From the NCBI GenBank assembly GCA_963817895.1, contig CAWFQB010000005.1, positions 845,858 to 909,857 on the forward strand: a DNA stretch of 64,000 bases, written 5' to 3'. Shown here one piece after another: positions 51,309 through 61,306 of the stretch. Positions within the stretch are counted from its first letter, which is position 1. The number at the start of each line of letters is the position of its first letter. Origin of the DNA: an uncultured Chthonomonadaceae bacterium. GTDB lineage: Bacteria > Armatimonadota > Chthonomonadetes > Chthonomonadales > Chthonomonadaceae. A program made the position numbers and the translations under genes. The notes beneath the pieces were generated by a model. The model ran no database searches. It had not been told where the DNA came from and saw only the letters and a list, made by a program, of their open reading frames with translations.

Positions 51309-51416
51309 AGGATGAAGGATGGAGCAGAAACACTCCTTACGACTTCCTTTCCTGCGCTTAAAACTAATGTCGGACAAGAAGAGAATTCATCCTTCATCCT
51401 TCATCCTTCATCCTTT
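51293..51416. repeat. Inverted heptamer array (GAAGGAT)x4 ... (ATCCTTC)x4 spanning the ccmA/ccmB junction
   Basis: Arms at 51293-51321 and 51388-51416; contains the ccmA TGA and the ccmB ATG. Confidence 0.92.
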
Positions 51417-52124
51417 GCCCGCGAAGCGGCTGCCCTGTTCCGCAAAGACCTGCGGGCGGAGATGCGTACCAAAGTAGCGGTGAGTTCCGTGGGATTATTT
51501 ACCCTTTGCGCCCTGATGCTGATCGCGCTGGCGACGAGTACGCTCAAGGATACGATTACGATCAATGGGCTGGGGCAGAAGCTACCTTCCTGGGATGACG
51601 CGAGCCGGTTTGCAATGTTGTGGGTGCTGCTGTGCTTTGCGGCGTTTGCGGGACTGGCGCACTCGTTCGTACATGAGGAAGAGACCGGTACGACAACCGC
51701 GCTGCGCCTGTGCATGTCACCGGAAGCGGTGTACGCGGGCAAATTACTGTACAATTTTGTTCTGGTGACGGCGATTTCACTTGTTGCCACGCCCCTGTAC
51801 ATGCTGGCGGTGGATTTGCCGCCCGGACAGAAGCCGCTCGTATTTGTGCTGACGATGTTGAGCGGATGTGTGGGATTGTCGGCTTCGGCAACGTTTGTGG
51901 CCGCGCTTGCCGCCAAATCGCGGGGTACGGGAGCCTTGTACGGCGCGTTGGGATTGCCCATGCTGCTCGTGTTTCTGGTGCTATTGCTGAACGCGGCGCG
52001 TACCGTGTATTTAATAGACGCACCGTTCCTGATTGTTTTCAAAGCGGTCGGCGGGCTGCTGAGTTTCGGTATTTTTCTGATTGCCCTGTCCGCTGTAACA
52101 TTTCATTTTGTGTGGGAAGATTAA
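51312..52124 (+). CDS. ccmB: Heme exporter permease CcmB
   Basis: FRKDLRAEMR, SFVHEEETGT, YAGKLLYN, LGLPMLL. Confidence 0.9.
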   Translation: MKDGAETLLTTSFPALKTNVGQEENSSFILHPSSFAREAAALFRKDLRAEMRTKVAVSSVGLFTLCALMLIALATSTLKDTITINGLGQKLPSWDDASRFAMLWVLLCFAAFAGLAHSFVHEEETGTTTALRLCMSPEAVYAGKLLYNFVLVTAISLVATPLYMLAVDLPPGQKPLVFVLTMLSGCVGLSASATFVAALAAKSRGTGALYGALGLPMLLVFLVLLLNAARTVYLIDAPFLIVFKAVGGLLSFGIFLIALSAVTFHFVWED

Positions 52125-52130
52125 CCAACG

Positions 52131-52892
52131 ATGGCAACTTATCCAACCCAATCGGACAGACCTCTGGCGGAGCAGGCTCTGGATGCTGACAGGCGTGTCA
52201 GCATCAAAGGCGCGTGGTGGAAATATGGAACGGGCCTGCTGATGGCGGTCGTGATTTATGGCGCGTTCTGCATTGCGAAGGGGGCGCAGGGCTTTGGCGG
52301 CGTGGGGAATAACTCCCGCATTGTGTTCTTCCATGTGCCGGTTGCGGTTTTGTCGTCAATTTGCTACGCGGTGGCAACCGTGTACGCGGTGTTTGTGCTG
52401 CTCAATAAGAAGACGCTCGAATCGGACGGCAAATCTGCGGCGGCAATGGAGTTGGGATTTCTGTTTTGTATCCTGACCACGATTACGGGCAGCATCTTTT
52501 CGCGGGCAGTGTGGGGGGCCTACTGGAACTGGGATCCGGCTCAAACGCGCATTGTCATGATGCTGATGCTGTACGCTTCCTATCTTGTTTTGCGTAGCGC
52601 GAACAGCGAACACCCGGAGCGGCGGTCAAGGCTATCCGCCGTGTACACCATTATTACGCTGGTTCCCGCTTTCTTCCTGATCTGGATCGTGCCGCGTATT
52701 CTGGCGTCCTTTCATCCGTCAACCGTGCTGACGAAACCGAGCAACAATAGCGCCGACTATAACACGATTCTGCTGCTGTCGTTCATCGCTTTCAATATGC
52801 TGTTCGTGTGGCTGTTCCAACTGCGTTGCCGAATTCACACGCTTAGTGTGAAACGCCAACTTGCGCAAATGCAGGGAAGCATGGGACAATAG
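52131..52892 (+). CDS. ccmC: CcmC heme chaperone loader
   Basis: FFHVP, TGSIF, WGAYWNWDP, HP. Confidence 0.92.
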   Translation: MATYPTQSDRPLAEQALDADRRVSIKGAWWKYGTGLLMAVVIYGAFCIAKGAQGFGGVGNNSRIVFFHVPVAVLSSICYAVATVYAVFVLLNKKTLESDGKSAAAMELGFLFCILTTITGSIFSRAVWGAYWNWDPAQTRIVMMLMLYASYLVLRSANSEHPERRSRLSAVYTIITLVPAFFLIWIVPRILASFHPSTVLTKPSNNSADYNTILLLSFIAFNMLFVWLFQLRCRIHTLSVKRQLAQMQGSMGQ

Positions 52893-52940
52893 AAGAGAAA
52901 TAGAAGCAGAAACGCCGAGCGAAAGCGTAGGAGAATTACG

Positions 52941-53072
52941 ATGGGCTTGAATTTTGTCATGGCGGTAACGCTTGTCACCTGGATCGGCATTTTCTGTTAC
53001 CTGCTGTATCTCGACCGCTCCCTGCGCCGCCTGGAAAACAGGCAGGGGAACAAGGAAAGAGACGACCTGTGA
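52941..53072 (+). CDS. ccmD: CcmD
   Basis: MGLNFVMAVTLVTWIGIFCYLLYLDRSLRRLE...; AGGAG SD; GTGA overlap with ccmE; not in the ORF track. Confidence 0.88.
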   Translation: MGLNFVMAVTLVTWIGIFCYLLYLDRSLRRLENRQGNKERDDL

Positions 53073-53500
53073 AACCTGCATATATCTTTGCGTTTTTCGT
53101 CATCAGCCTGGCGCTGGGCTTTGCCGCTTTCGCCTTTATGGGCGCGGTTCCGCAGTACCTGAGCATCAAGGATGCGCGGGCGTCGACCACACCCGTTCAG
53201 GTGAAGGGCAAAATCCTGCACGACACCGTGAACTATGACCGGGCTATCGGGGCGTTGCGTTTCCAGATTGAGGACGACAATAAAGAGCGTATCGAAGTGG
53301 TGTACAAGGGAGCCAAACCCGACGCCTTCGACACGGCCCCGGAAACCGCCGCGACGGGCATGGTACGCCGAAACGCGGATGGTCGGGAGTATCTGGACAC
53401 TAACAGCATGATCGTAAAGTGTCCCTCCAAATACGACAGCGCGGACAAAGCGAAGAAGCCGCAAAGCGCGACGGACAAAGTTGCCAGCGCAGGTCAATAG
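53069..53500 (+). CDS. ccmE: CcmE heme chaperone (CxxxY variant)
   Basis: VVYKGAKPDAF, VKCPSKY. Confidence 0.92.
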   Translation: MKPAYIFAFFVISLALGFAAFAFMGAVPQYLSIKDARASTTPVQVKGKILHDTVNYDRAIGALRFQIEDDNKERIEVVYKGAKPDAFDTAPETAATGMVRRNADGREYLDTNSMIVKCPSKYDSADKAKKPQSATDKVASAGQ

Positions 53501-53580
53501 ACCTGACCGAGTCGTAAACGCTTTGTCTACGACCGAAATTTCAGCGGCATTTCTGTTTATTACAAAGGCGCAGATTTAGC

Positions 53581-56346
53581 ATGACTACCGGACAGTTTGG
53601 AACCTGGGCCATCTGGCTCGGCCTGATAGCCTCCTTTTTCACGATGGGCGCGTATGGGCTGGCTCTGTTGCGTCCGCAAAAGGATCGCCAGTGGCGCAAA
53701 GTGGCGCGCGGCGGTTATTTGCTGACCGCGCTCGGCGTGTTCGCGTCCTTCGCGTCGCTGTGCGTGATCGTGTACAACAACAAGTACCAGTACGATTACG
53801 CTTTTTCGCACACGGGCAACGATCTGCGCGCCCTGCCGACGGATACCGCCTCGCACTGGCTGTTCCACCACTGGATACGGTTCGCGGCAACGTGGTCGGG
53901 ACAGGAGGGGAGTTTCCTGCTGTGGGCATTCTGGACGGCTCTAATCGGCTTCCTTGTGTTTGCCAAAGCGGGCAAGTACGAGGCGCGGGTAATGCCGTTC
54001 TTCGTATCCGTGCTGACGTTTTTGTGCGCCATACTCATCAAACAGTCGCCGTTCCACTATCTGACGGCGGTTCATCCCGACATGTGGAGTACGGTTCCAC
54101 CGGACGGGCAGGGACTGACACCCTCGCTGCAAAACTACTGGATGACCATTCATCCGCCCACCATTTTCTTCGGCTTCGCCTCGCTTGCCGTTCCCTATGC
54201 CTATGCCGTCGCCGCCCTCCTGTGGAAGGATTACAAGGGCTGGACGGCGCGGGTGATGCCGTATGCCCTCCTGACGTGCGCCACGCTTGGGCTTGGCCTG
54301 TTTATGGGCGGCTACTGGGCGTATGAGACGCAGGGCTGGCACGGCTTCTGGGCGTGGGACCCGGTCGAAAACGCGAGTTTCTTCCCCTGGCTGGCGATTA
54401 CCGCGCTTGTGCATGGGCTTGTCGTGCAGAAATCGCGCGACGGCATGGCGCGAACCAATACGTTCCTCGGCCTGTTCGCCTTCTGGCTGTTTCTGCTCGG
54501 CACGTTCCTGACCCGGTCGGGAGCCTTAGCCAGCAAGGACGCGAACGGCGCGATGCTTTCGGTTCACGCTTTCGACAACATCAGCAAAAGCGGTCTGTTT
54601 TTCATGGAAACCATGCTGCTGCTGTACGGCATCGGCGGACTTGTTTTGTGGCTTACCCGTGTGGGCAAAATGCCGCGCCGCCCGACAACCGGCGATACCC
54701 TTGTTTCCCGTGACTTCGCGTTCTTCGTCAGCATTATGTTGATGATTCTGGCGTGTCTTGCTGTGACGTTCGGAACCACGACACCGCTGTTTATGAGCTG
54801 GATGCACAAACGCCCCTCGCAGCCGCAGCCGTTCTTTTACAATCAGGTGATGATGCCCCTGACCATTCTGTTCGCGCTTACGCTTGGCTGCGTCCCCTGG
54901 CTGGCGTGGAAGCGGACGGACCCGGAAAAGTTTTTGCGCAAACTGATCGCGCCCTGGCTGATTATGGTGGGCTTCGGCTTCTTTATGATCTTCTGGGTGC
55001 AGAACGCGACCGTTGGCTTGCAGCAGGCGATGGAACCGAGTGATTACAGCAGCACGATGCACTACTGGTTCAATCCGACCTTGCAGCGCGTTCTGGTGGT
55101 TCTGCTGTCGTCGCTCGGCGTGTTCGTCGCGCTTTCCAACGCGATGCTGACGTACCGCGTGTTCCGCGCCAAACCGCTTAATGCGGGCGGCTGGCTCGCG
55201 CATGTCGGCATGGGCTTGCTTATCGTTGGTATCGTGGTTTCCAACACGTTTGAGCGCACGGTTCGCGTGACTGTAATTGAGGGGGAAGCCGCGCAAAACG
55301 TGTACGGCTACAAAATCGCGATGGAGGGCATGACCGGCAAAGCGAAAGACATGCGCCCCGCCGACCCCAGCACCGACCCGCGCAACAGCGTGAAACTGCG
55401 CATTACGCCTCCGGGCGTGGACGAGGGCAGCGCATCGAGCGACAGCGCGGGCGAAGCCAAAACGTTTGTAGTGGAACCCCGCTGGTTCATTACCAATCTG
55501 GGCAAAGCGTACCCCTGGCGGTTCGAGTGGATACGCTGGCCGTCCATTGAAAAGTACCTGGGACACGACCTGTACGTTGGCCTTGCGGACAACCCGCAAT
55601 ATGAGTGGCCGTTCGGCGGCACGTTCAGCAGCAAAATGGCGTTCACGCTCAAACCCGGCGAAAAGGTGGATATCGGTGGCTACCGTGTCGGCTATTACGA
55701 GCCGATTATGGAGCCGACGAAGCTGATGGGCGCGAAGATCGTGATTTTGCCCATTGACGAAAAGGGCAACCCGACCGGCGCGCCGATCATCACGGAACCG
55801 TGTTTACGCATTATGATGCCCGCGCCCGACTTCGACCCGACGCAGCCGGAAAGCGAAACCAATCTGCAAATGCAAATGTTCCCCATCAACGAGGACATTC
55901 CGCAATTGAAGGACGAGGACGGCAACCTGGGCGCGATTGAAGCCATACGGCTTGACCCGGCGACCAAAGCGTTTTCGTTCAAGTTGAGCCTGCCGCACTA
56001 TCGGGGCCGATGGGCCGTGCCGCTGGAAGTGACGCACAAGCCCTGGGTGAATCTGGTGTGGATCGGTGTCATGGTTGCGGTTTCGGGAACCCTGCTCGCC
56101 ATGCTGCGCCGTATTCTTGACGCCCGCAACATTGACAAACCGAACACCAAAAACGACAACGACAACAATGACAGCGATCCGAACAATGGGGATGGCGGCG
56201 TGAAATTCGGCGATGGGGATGAGATCGTGGGCGCGCAGCCCTGGGATATGCCCGACGCGCCCACCGCGCCCGAAACTGCTATGCCCATCGCTGTCACGCC
56301 CAAACCGCTACCGAACAAGGGGCGGCTGAAACCAGCGAAAGAGTAG
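53581..56346 (+). CDS. ccmF: CcmF cytochrome c heme lyase
   Basis: WSGQEGS, IHPP, WAYETQGWHGFWAWDPVEN, TFLTRSG, SVHAF, AHVG, KPWVNLVWIG. Confidence 0.95.
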   Translation: MTTGQFGTWAIWLGLIASFFTMGAYGLALLRPQKDRQWRKVARGGYLLTALGVFASFASLCVIVYNNKYQYDYAFSHTGNDLRALPTDTASHWLFHHWIRFAATWSGQEGSFLLWAFWTALIGFLVFAKAGKYEARVMPFFVSVLTFLCAILIKQSPFHYLTAVHPDMWSTVPPDGQGLTPSLQNYWMTIHPPTIFFGFASLAVPYAYAVAALLWKDYKGWTARVMPYALLTCATLGLGLFMGGYWAYETQGWHGFWAWDPVENASFFPWLAITALVHGLVVQKSRDGMARTNTFLGLFAFWLFLLGTFLTRSGALASKDANGAMLSVHAFDNISKSGLFFMETMLLLYGIGGLVLWLTRVGKMPRRPTTGDTLVSRDFAFFVSIMLMILACLAVTFGTTTPLFMSWMHKRPSQPQPFFYNQVMMPLTILFALTLGCVPWLAWKRTDPEKFLRKLIAPWLIMVGFGFFMIFWVQNATVGLQQAMEPSDYSSTMHYWFNPTLQRVLVVLLSSLGVFVALSNAMLTYRVFRAKPLNAGGWLAHVGMGLLIVGIVVSNTFERTVRVTVIEGEAAQNVYGYKIAMEGMTGKAKDMRPADPSTDPRNSVKLRITPPGVDEGSASSDSAGEAKTFVVEPRWFITNLGKAYPWRFEWIRWPSIEKYLGHDLYVGLADNPQYEWPFGGTFSSKMAFTLKPGEKVDIGGYRVGYYEPIMEPTKLMGAKIVILPIDEKGNPTGAPIITEPCLRIMMPAPDFDPTQPESETNLQMQMFPINEDIPQLKDEDGNLGAIEAIRLDPATKAFSFKLSLPHYRGRWAVPLEVTHKPWVNLVWIGVMVAVSGTLLAMLRRILDARNIDKPNTKNDNDNNDSDPNNGDGGVKFGDGDEIVGAQPWDMPDAPTAPETAMPIAVTPKPLPNKGRLKPAKE

Positions 56347-56441
56347 GAGTTCACTACCAAGTCGCCAAGAACACGAAGAAATGCAAAGAAGAAGAGAAGA
56401 GGGGAAGCAATGCCCTTCTTCTCTTCTTTCATTTCTGTTGT

Positions 56442-59400
56442 TTATGGAGGCGGCTGATAGGTACGGAGGAAGGACACGTTTGTAATAAAGCGTTTGATGT
56501 CGGGGTTGTCCTTGAATAGCTTGTACAGCAGGGTGTTGTCTTTGATAAACGTGACAAGAGCGCGTTCCAGAGCAAAGTCGTGTTCTATTTCCGCGCTCTG
56601 CTTGTCGGAGTGCTGCATGGCGTTCTGATACTTCACATCTGCGGCAACCTTCGCGGGTATCTCGTCTGTTATCAGTTTTAGCAGTTTGTCCTCGTCGCCG
56701 AAATCGAAGCTGCCGAACAGGTCGTTGAACTGGTTGATGATGTTGCTCAGGCGGTCAAGTTCCGGGGCGGATGCGTGACCACTGCCGCCAACGTCAGAAG
56801 GGTCTATCTCCGCGTCATGGGATTCCAGTGACAGCGACAGCATGGAACGCTTTTCAGCCCGGTAACTGTCCATGTCAATGGCTTCCAAAATGCCCTGCGC
56901 CAGATCGTCGCCCTGCGGCGCGGGCAGTTTCGGCACAAGGCACGTCAGGAAAATGGACAGCTTTTCCCATTCGGGCAGGCTGTACGGCAGAATGGCGGCG
57001 AGAAAATTGTAGTTGCGCACAAAGGCTTTGGCGCTGCCCTTGAATTCTATTTGCGCGTTGGCGTCCAGCGAATTCTGATAGGTGGCGGCGCAGGCATCCA
57101 AAATGGGATCGAGAGCGGGGCGATCCGCGCCGTTCAGGTAACAGTTCCACGAGGGTATCTACCTGCTCCGGGGTATAAACCTGATGCGCGTCCATGACGG
57201 CTTTGAGGTCATGCAGGCGGTTGGGATCGCTCTCCTTACTCAAAATTGTCGTCTGGTAGTAGTCCTGAAACGCGGCCTGTATCGATGTCGGTGTCGTTGT
57301 AAAAGTCCAGTACGAAGGTGTCATGCTTTTTGGGATGGGCGCGGTTCAGGCGCGACAGGGTTTGCACGGCCTTGATGCCTGCCAGCGATTTGTCTACATA
57401 CATGGTGTGCAGGAGGGGTTCGTCGTACCCGGTCTGGAACTTGTCGGCGCAAATGAGGAAGCGGTACGGGTCTTCGCGGATTTTCGACTCGATCTCGCCG
57501 CTTGGAAAGCCGTTGAGGGTGGCTTCCGTCACCTTCTGCCCGCCATATTCCGGTTCGCCCGTGAACGCGACGATGGCTTTGTACGGACTCTGCCGCGCCT
57601 GCAATGCCTTGCTGATGGCGTGGTAATACTCTATCGCCCGCGCTATGCCGCCCGTAACCACCATAGTCCGCGCCTGTCCGCCGATTTTCTGCTTGGCGAT
57701 TACCTGCGCGTGGAAATGCTCGACCATGATTTCGGCCTTTTCGCCGATGGCGTGGGCATGTCCCTCGACATAGCCGCGCAGCCGCTTTTGCGCCCGCTTC
57801 ACATCGAATTCCGGGTCCTCTTCGACCGTTTTCATCAGGCGGTAGAAGGAGGCGACGGGCGTGTAGTTTTGCAGCACGTCCAGAATAAAGCCCTCTTCAA
57901 TCGCCTGCTTCATGGTGTAGGGGTGGAACGGGCGGAACTTCTTTTCGCCGTTCTCCTCGTAAGCGACGCCGAACATTTCCAGCGTTTTGGGCTTGGGCGT
58001 GGCGGTGAAGGCGAAGTAACTGGCGTTGGGCAGCAGTTTGCGTGATTCGAGGATGCGGAGTATCTTGTCTTCCGTCGTCTCTTCCTCGTCATCCGCGCCC
58101 TGCTCCGAGAGGGCCATGCTCATTTTGGCGGACGCGCTCCCGCTCTGGCTGGAATGGGCTTCGTCAAGAAGGAGGGCGAACTTGCGGCCCCGGTGAGTCA
58201 TTGCCGATCTCATCCAGAATGAACGGGAATTTCTGAACGGTGGTGATGATGATCTGCTTGCCGCCCGTGATGAACTCCCGAGATCGTCCGAGTTGTCGGT
58301 ATGGCCGACCGTCGCGCCCACCTGCGTAAACGCCTTGATGGTGTTGTAGGTCTGCTTGTCGAGTATGCGGCGGTCGTTGACGACGATGATGGAATCGAAC
58401 ACGGTCTCGCCGTTTTGCTCCAGCCCGACAAGCTGATGCGCCAGCCATGCGATGCTGTTGCTTTTGCCGCTGCCCGCCGAATGTTGAATCAGATAGCGCT
58501 GTCCCGCGCCATTTTGCCGCACGTCGGCAAGCAGCCTCCGCACGACTCCAGCTGGTGATAGCGCGGGAAAACCTGCTTTTCGACCTCTTTGCCTGTTTGC
58601 GGGTTCCGTCTCTTTGACGACTTTGGCATAGTTTTCCAGTATGTCGGTCAGGCGTTCGCGGGTCAGGATTTCGCGCCACAGGTAGTCGCTCATCAGGCCA
58701 TCGGGGTTGGGCGGATTGCCCGCGCCACCTTTATAGCCCTTGTTGAACGGCAGGAACCACGAGGCTTCGCCCTCCAACCGGGTGCAGAACTTCACTTCGC
58801 GGTCGTCTACGGCCCAGTGCGCCAGGCAGCGTTTGAACTGAAACAGCAGGTCTTTCGGGTCGCGGTCGTTCTGGTACTGCTTCACGGCGTTTGCGACCGT
58901 CTGCCCGGTAAGGCTGTTCTTCAACTCAAAGGTGAAGACGGGACAGGCCGTTGATAAACAGGGCGAGATCGAGCGCGTCATTGGGCTTGTTTTTGCTGAA
59001 ATGAAGCTGCCGCGTGATGCTGAATCGATTGAGCGGCGTAGAGGGCGGCCGCTGTTGTGTTGCCGGGGGTAGGGCTGCCGTAGAAGAGGGTGACATTGCG
59101 CAGGGCCGTGCTTGACGCCATGCCGCAGCACATCCACCACGCCGCGTTTGCCGATCTCCTGCGACAGTCGGGCGAGAAACTGCGTTTGCTTCGGCCCGTC
59201 CACATCAAGGCCGAGCGACTGAAACGCGGCGGGCTGCGTGGCTTCCAGAAACGCGAAGAGCTGCCGGCAGTCAAGCGCGAACTCTTTGTCATAGTCGGAC
59301 GACGCGCCCGCAACGTACAGGCCAGATTGGTACGCGGGCGCGTCCGTCCTGCACGGTCAGGGCGGCATTGGGTCGGGCGCGACCGCGTTCGCGCTGCCGG

Positions 59401-59455
59401 TCAGCGCGGCAACAATGAGGTTTTCAAGTCCCTTTTCAGTGGTGTCCGTTGGCAT
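56442..59455 (-). pseudogene. hsdR: Type I restriction endonuclease subunit R, multiply frameshifted
   Basis: MPTDTTEKGLE start; FELKN, HSAGSGKS, DEAHSSQ, FTATP, KFQTGYDEP, QTLSRLNR spread across several frames. Confidence 0.85.
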
Positions 59456-59619
59456 GACTACAGTTCCCTACGCGGTATACGCCGCCTTTGCCGCATTAAA
59501 ATTAGTTTGGTCGGCACAAGGTTGACAGTGTTCAGGGTGTCAAACAACGATTTGCGCTGTTATCTGCCCGCTACTAATATGCAACTACTGCCAGACGGAC
59601 ATAAGCGGAATGGCTGAGG

Positions 59620-60111
59620 TCAAGGCTGTAAAATAAAACGCGCCCCTTCTGACCTGAGCATTTCTAATGGCGTGATATAGGGAACGCTGAATTGCTGACA
59701 AACGGCAGGAATTTTAACCCGGTTTTTCTGCCCCGGCACGAATGTTTCATCGGTAACAACGGTATGACCGTGCGCTAATGCGTAGGCAATTAGAAAAGGG
59801 TCGGCTCCCGACATAAAATCCGTTATCGCTTGCGGACGAAAACTCTCCTGATTGACCCATGTATTAATTTGACTGACGGCAGTTAGCGTAGCCTGATCTA
59901 CAGGCAGGAAAAAACTGGAACGGCGCTGTTTCGCCCATTGTGTCAGTTCATCATCGCCCGCTTCAAGCTCCGCCAGTATGCGATCAATGCTAAAAATCAG
60001 CCCGGCAGTATTGCGCAGGTCCAGCCAATCCCAAAAACCGGGGCAAATATCGAAACAAAAGGTGCGGTCTTTGGCTTCGATCAGGCTGCTTGCATCTATC
60101 AAATGGGCCAT
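59620..60111 (-). CDS. DUF4411 PIN-like protein
   Basis: LIDASSLIEA, PGFWDWL, ADPFLIAYA, VVTDE, KIPAVC. Confidence 0.85.
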   Translation of the reverse strand: MAHLIDASSLIEAKDRTFCFDICPGFWDWLDLRNTAGLIFSIDRILAELEAGDDELTQWAKQRRSSFFLPVDQATLTAVSQINTWVNQESFRPQAITDFMSGADPFLIAYALAHGHTVVTDETFVPGQKNRVKIPAVCQQFSVPYITPLEMLRSEGARFILQP

Positions 60112-61266
60112 CAGGCGGGAACCCCCATTTCCTGTAGCGAGTTTGCGAACCGCGTCGGCTTTGGAGACGCCGAGCAATCGAAACGCATCACGATAGAGAG
60201 TTTGGCCTTCCAGAGTGCTTTCTATCATCGCGGAAACAAACCGCCTGCCTAAGCGTGTACGAAGCGTTCGATAAAAATTGCCGCCTCCGGTCGCCGCGCT
60301 GACTTCACTGAATTGCGCCAACTCGTCGCTGTAACGCGCATAGAATTCCGCTTCGGTAAGAAAATCAGCATCGCGCAAGCGACGCAGAATGACCAGTGAA
60401 CTGACTTTGAAATGCCGTACCAGCCTCGCTACAGCGTCGGGCGTTGTGCGAACCTGTGACCATTGCGCCTGAAGTTCTCCGGCGGGAACCAGCAACTCTG
60501 CTGCGACGGCGTTGCAAAATCGTTCTGTCTGATCGTTGGGCGCGTAAGTCTGGCGCAAGTTGGAAACGCCGGAAATGCCCAATCCAATGTGCGCAACCTC
60601 ATGGGCCAGCGTGAACATCTGCGCGGCCTTTGCGTCCTTGCCGTTGAGAAAGATAAGCGGCGCGTAGTTGTCGGAAAGGGCAAAGCCACGAAACTCGCTG
60701 ACGGATAAAGGCCGGTGCGTGTTGTTGCCGACGATACCGCTGCGCATGACAAGAATTCCCGCCTCTTCCACCGCTTCTATTTGCTGCGTGAGCGCGATCT
60801 CCCACGTTTTCGCTTCAGCGCGCATGGCAGCATCCCAACGAATTACAGATTGAATATGCGCGGCGGCTTCGGCAATCCCGGCGGAAACAACCAGACTGCC
60901 GACAAACGCAACAGGCTCTTCGCCAGCGGCAATCGCGTAGTCGTGGTACCAATCCTGCCGCAGCAATGCCTCGTTCACTACGTCCAGCAAATCGGGAGTA
61001 GGCCGCTGAATAGATTGCGTTCCCAGGGTGCGAAAGTCACGGACAGGCAATTTTTCTTCGGGAGGCTCCGGCAGAAAAAGGTATCCCAGAGGAGTATAGG
61101 TAACGCGCGCTAATTTCTCAGCCTGCGCCAGCGTCAGTTCCCCGGTCTGCTCCCAATCGGTAACTTTGTCTTCTTTTATTCCTATCTTGGCGGCAAGGGT
61201 TTCCACGCTCAAACCGACACGTTTGCGCGCCCATTGCAGCACTTCGGGTTGTAAAGTGGTTTTCAT
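60111..61266 (-). CDS. XRE-HTH + ImmA/IrrE metallopeptidase
   Basis: LQWARKRVG HTH, DFRT, FRGFAL, FTLAHEVAH, CNAVAAELLVP. Confidence 0.88.
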
Positions 61267-61306
61267 CGGATTGTCAACATTGCTCTGAAACACAGAAGGC
61301 GGCGCG

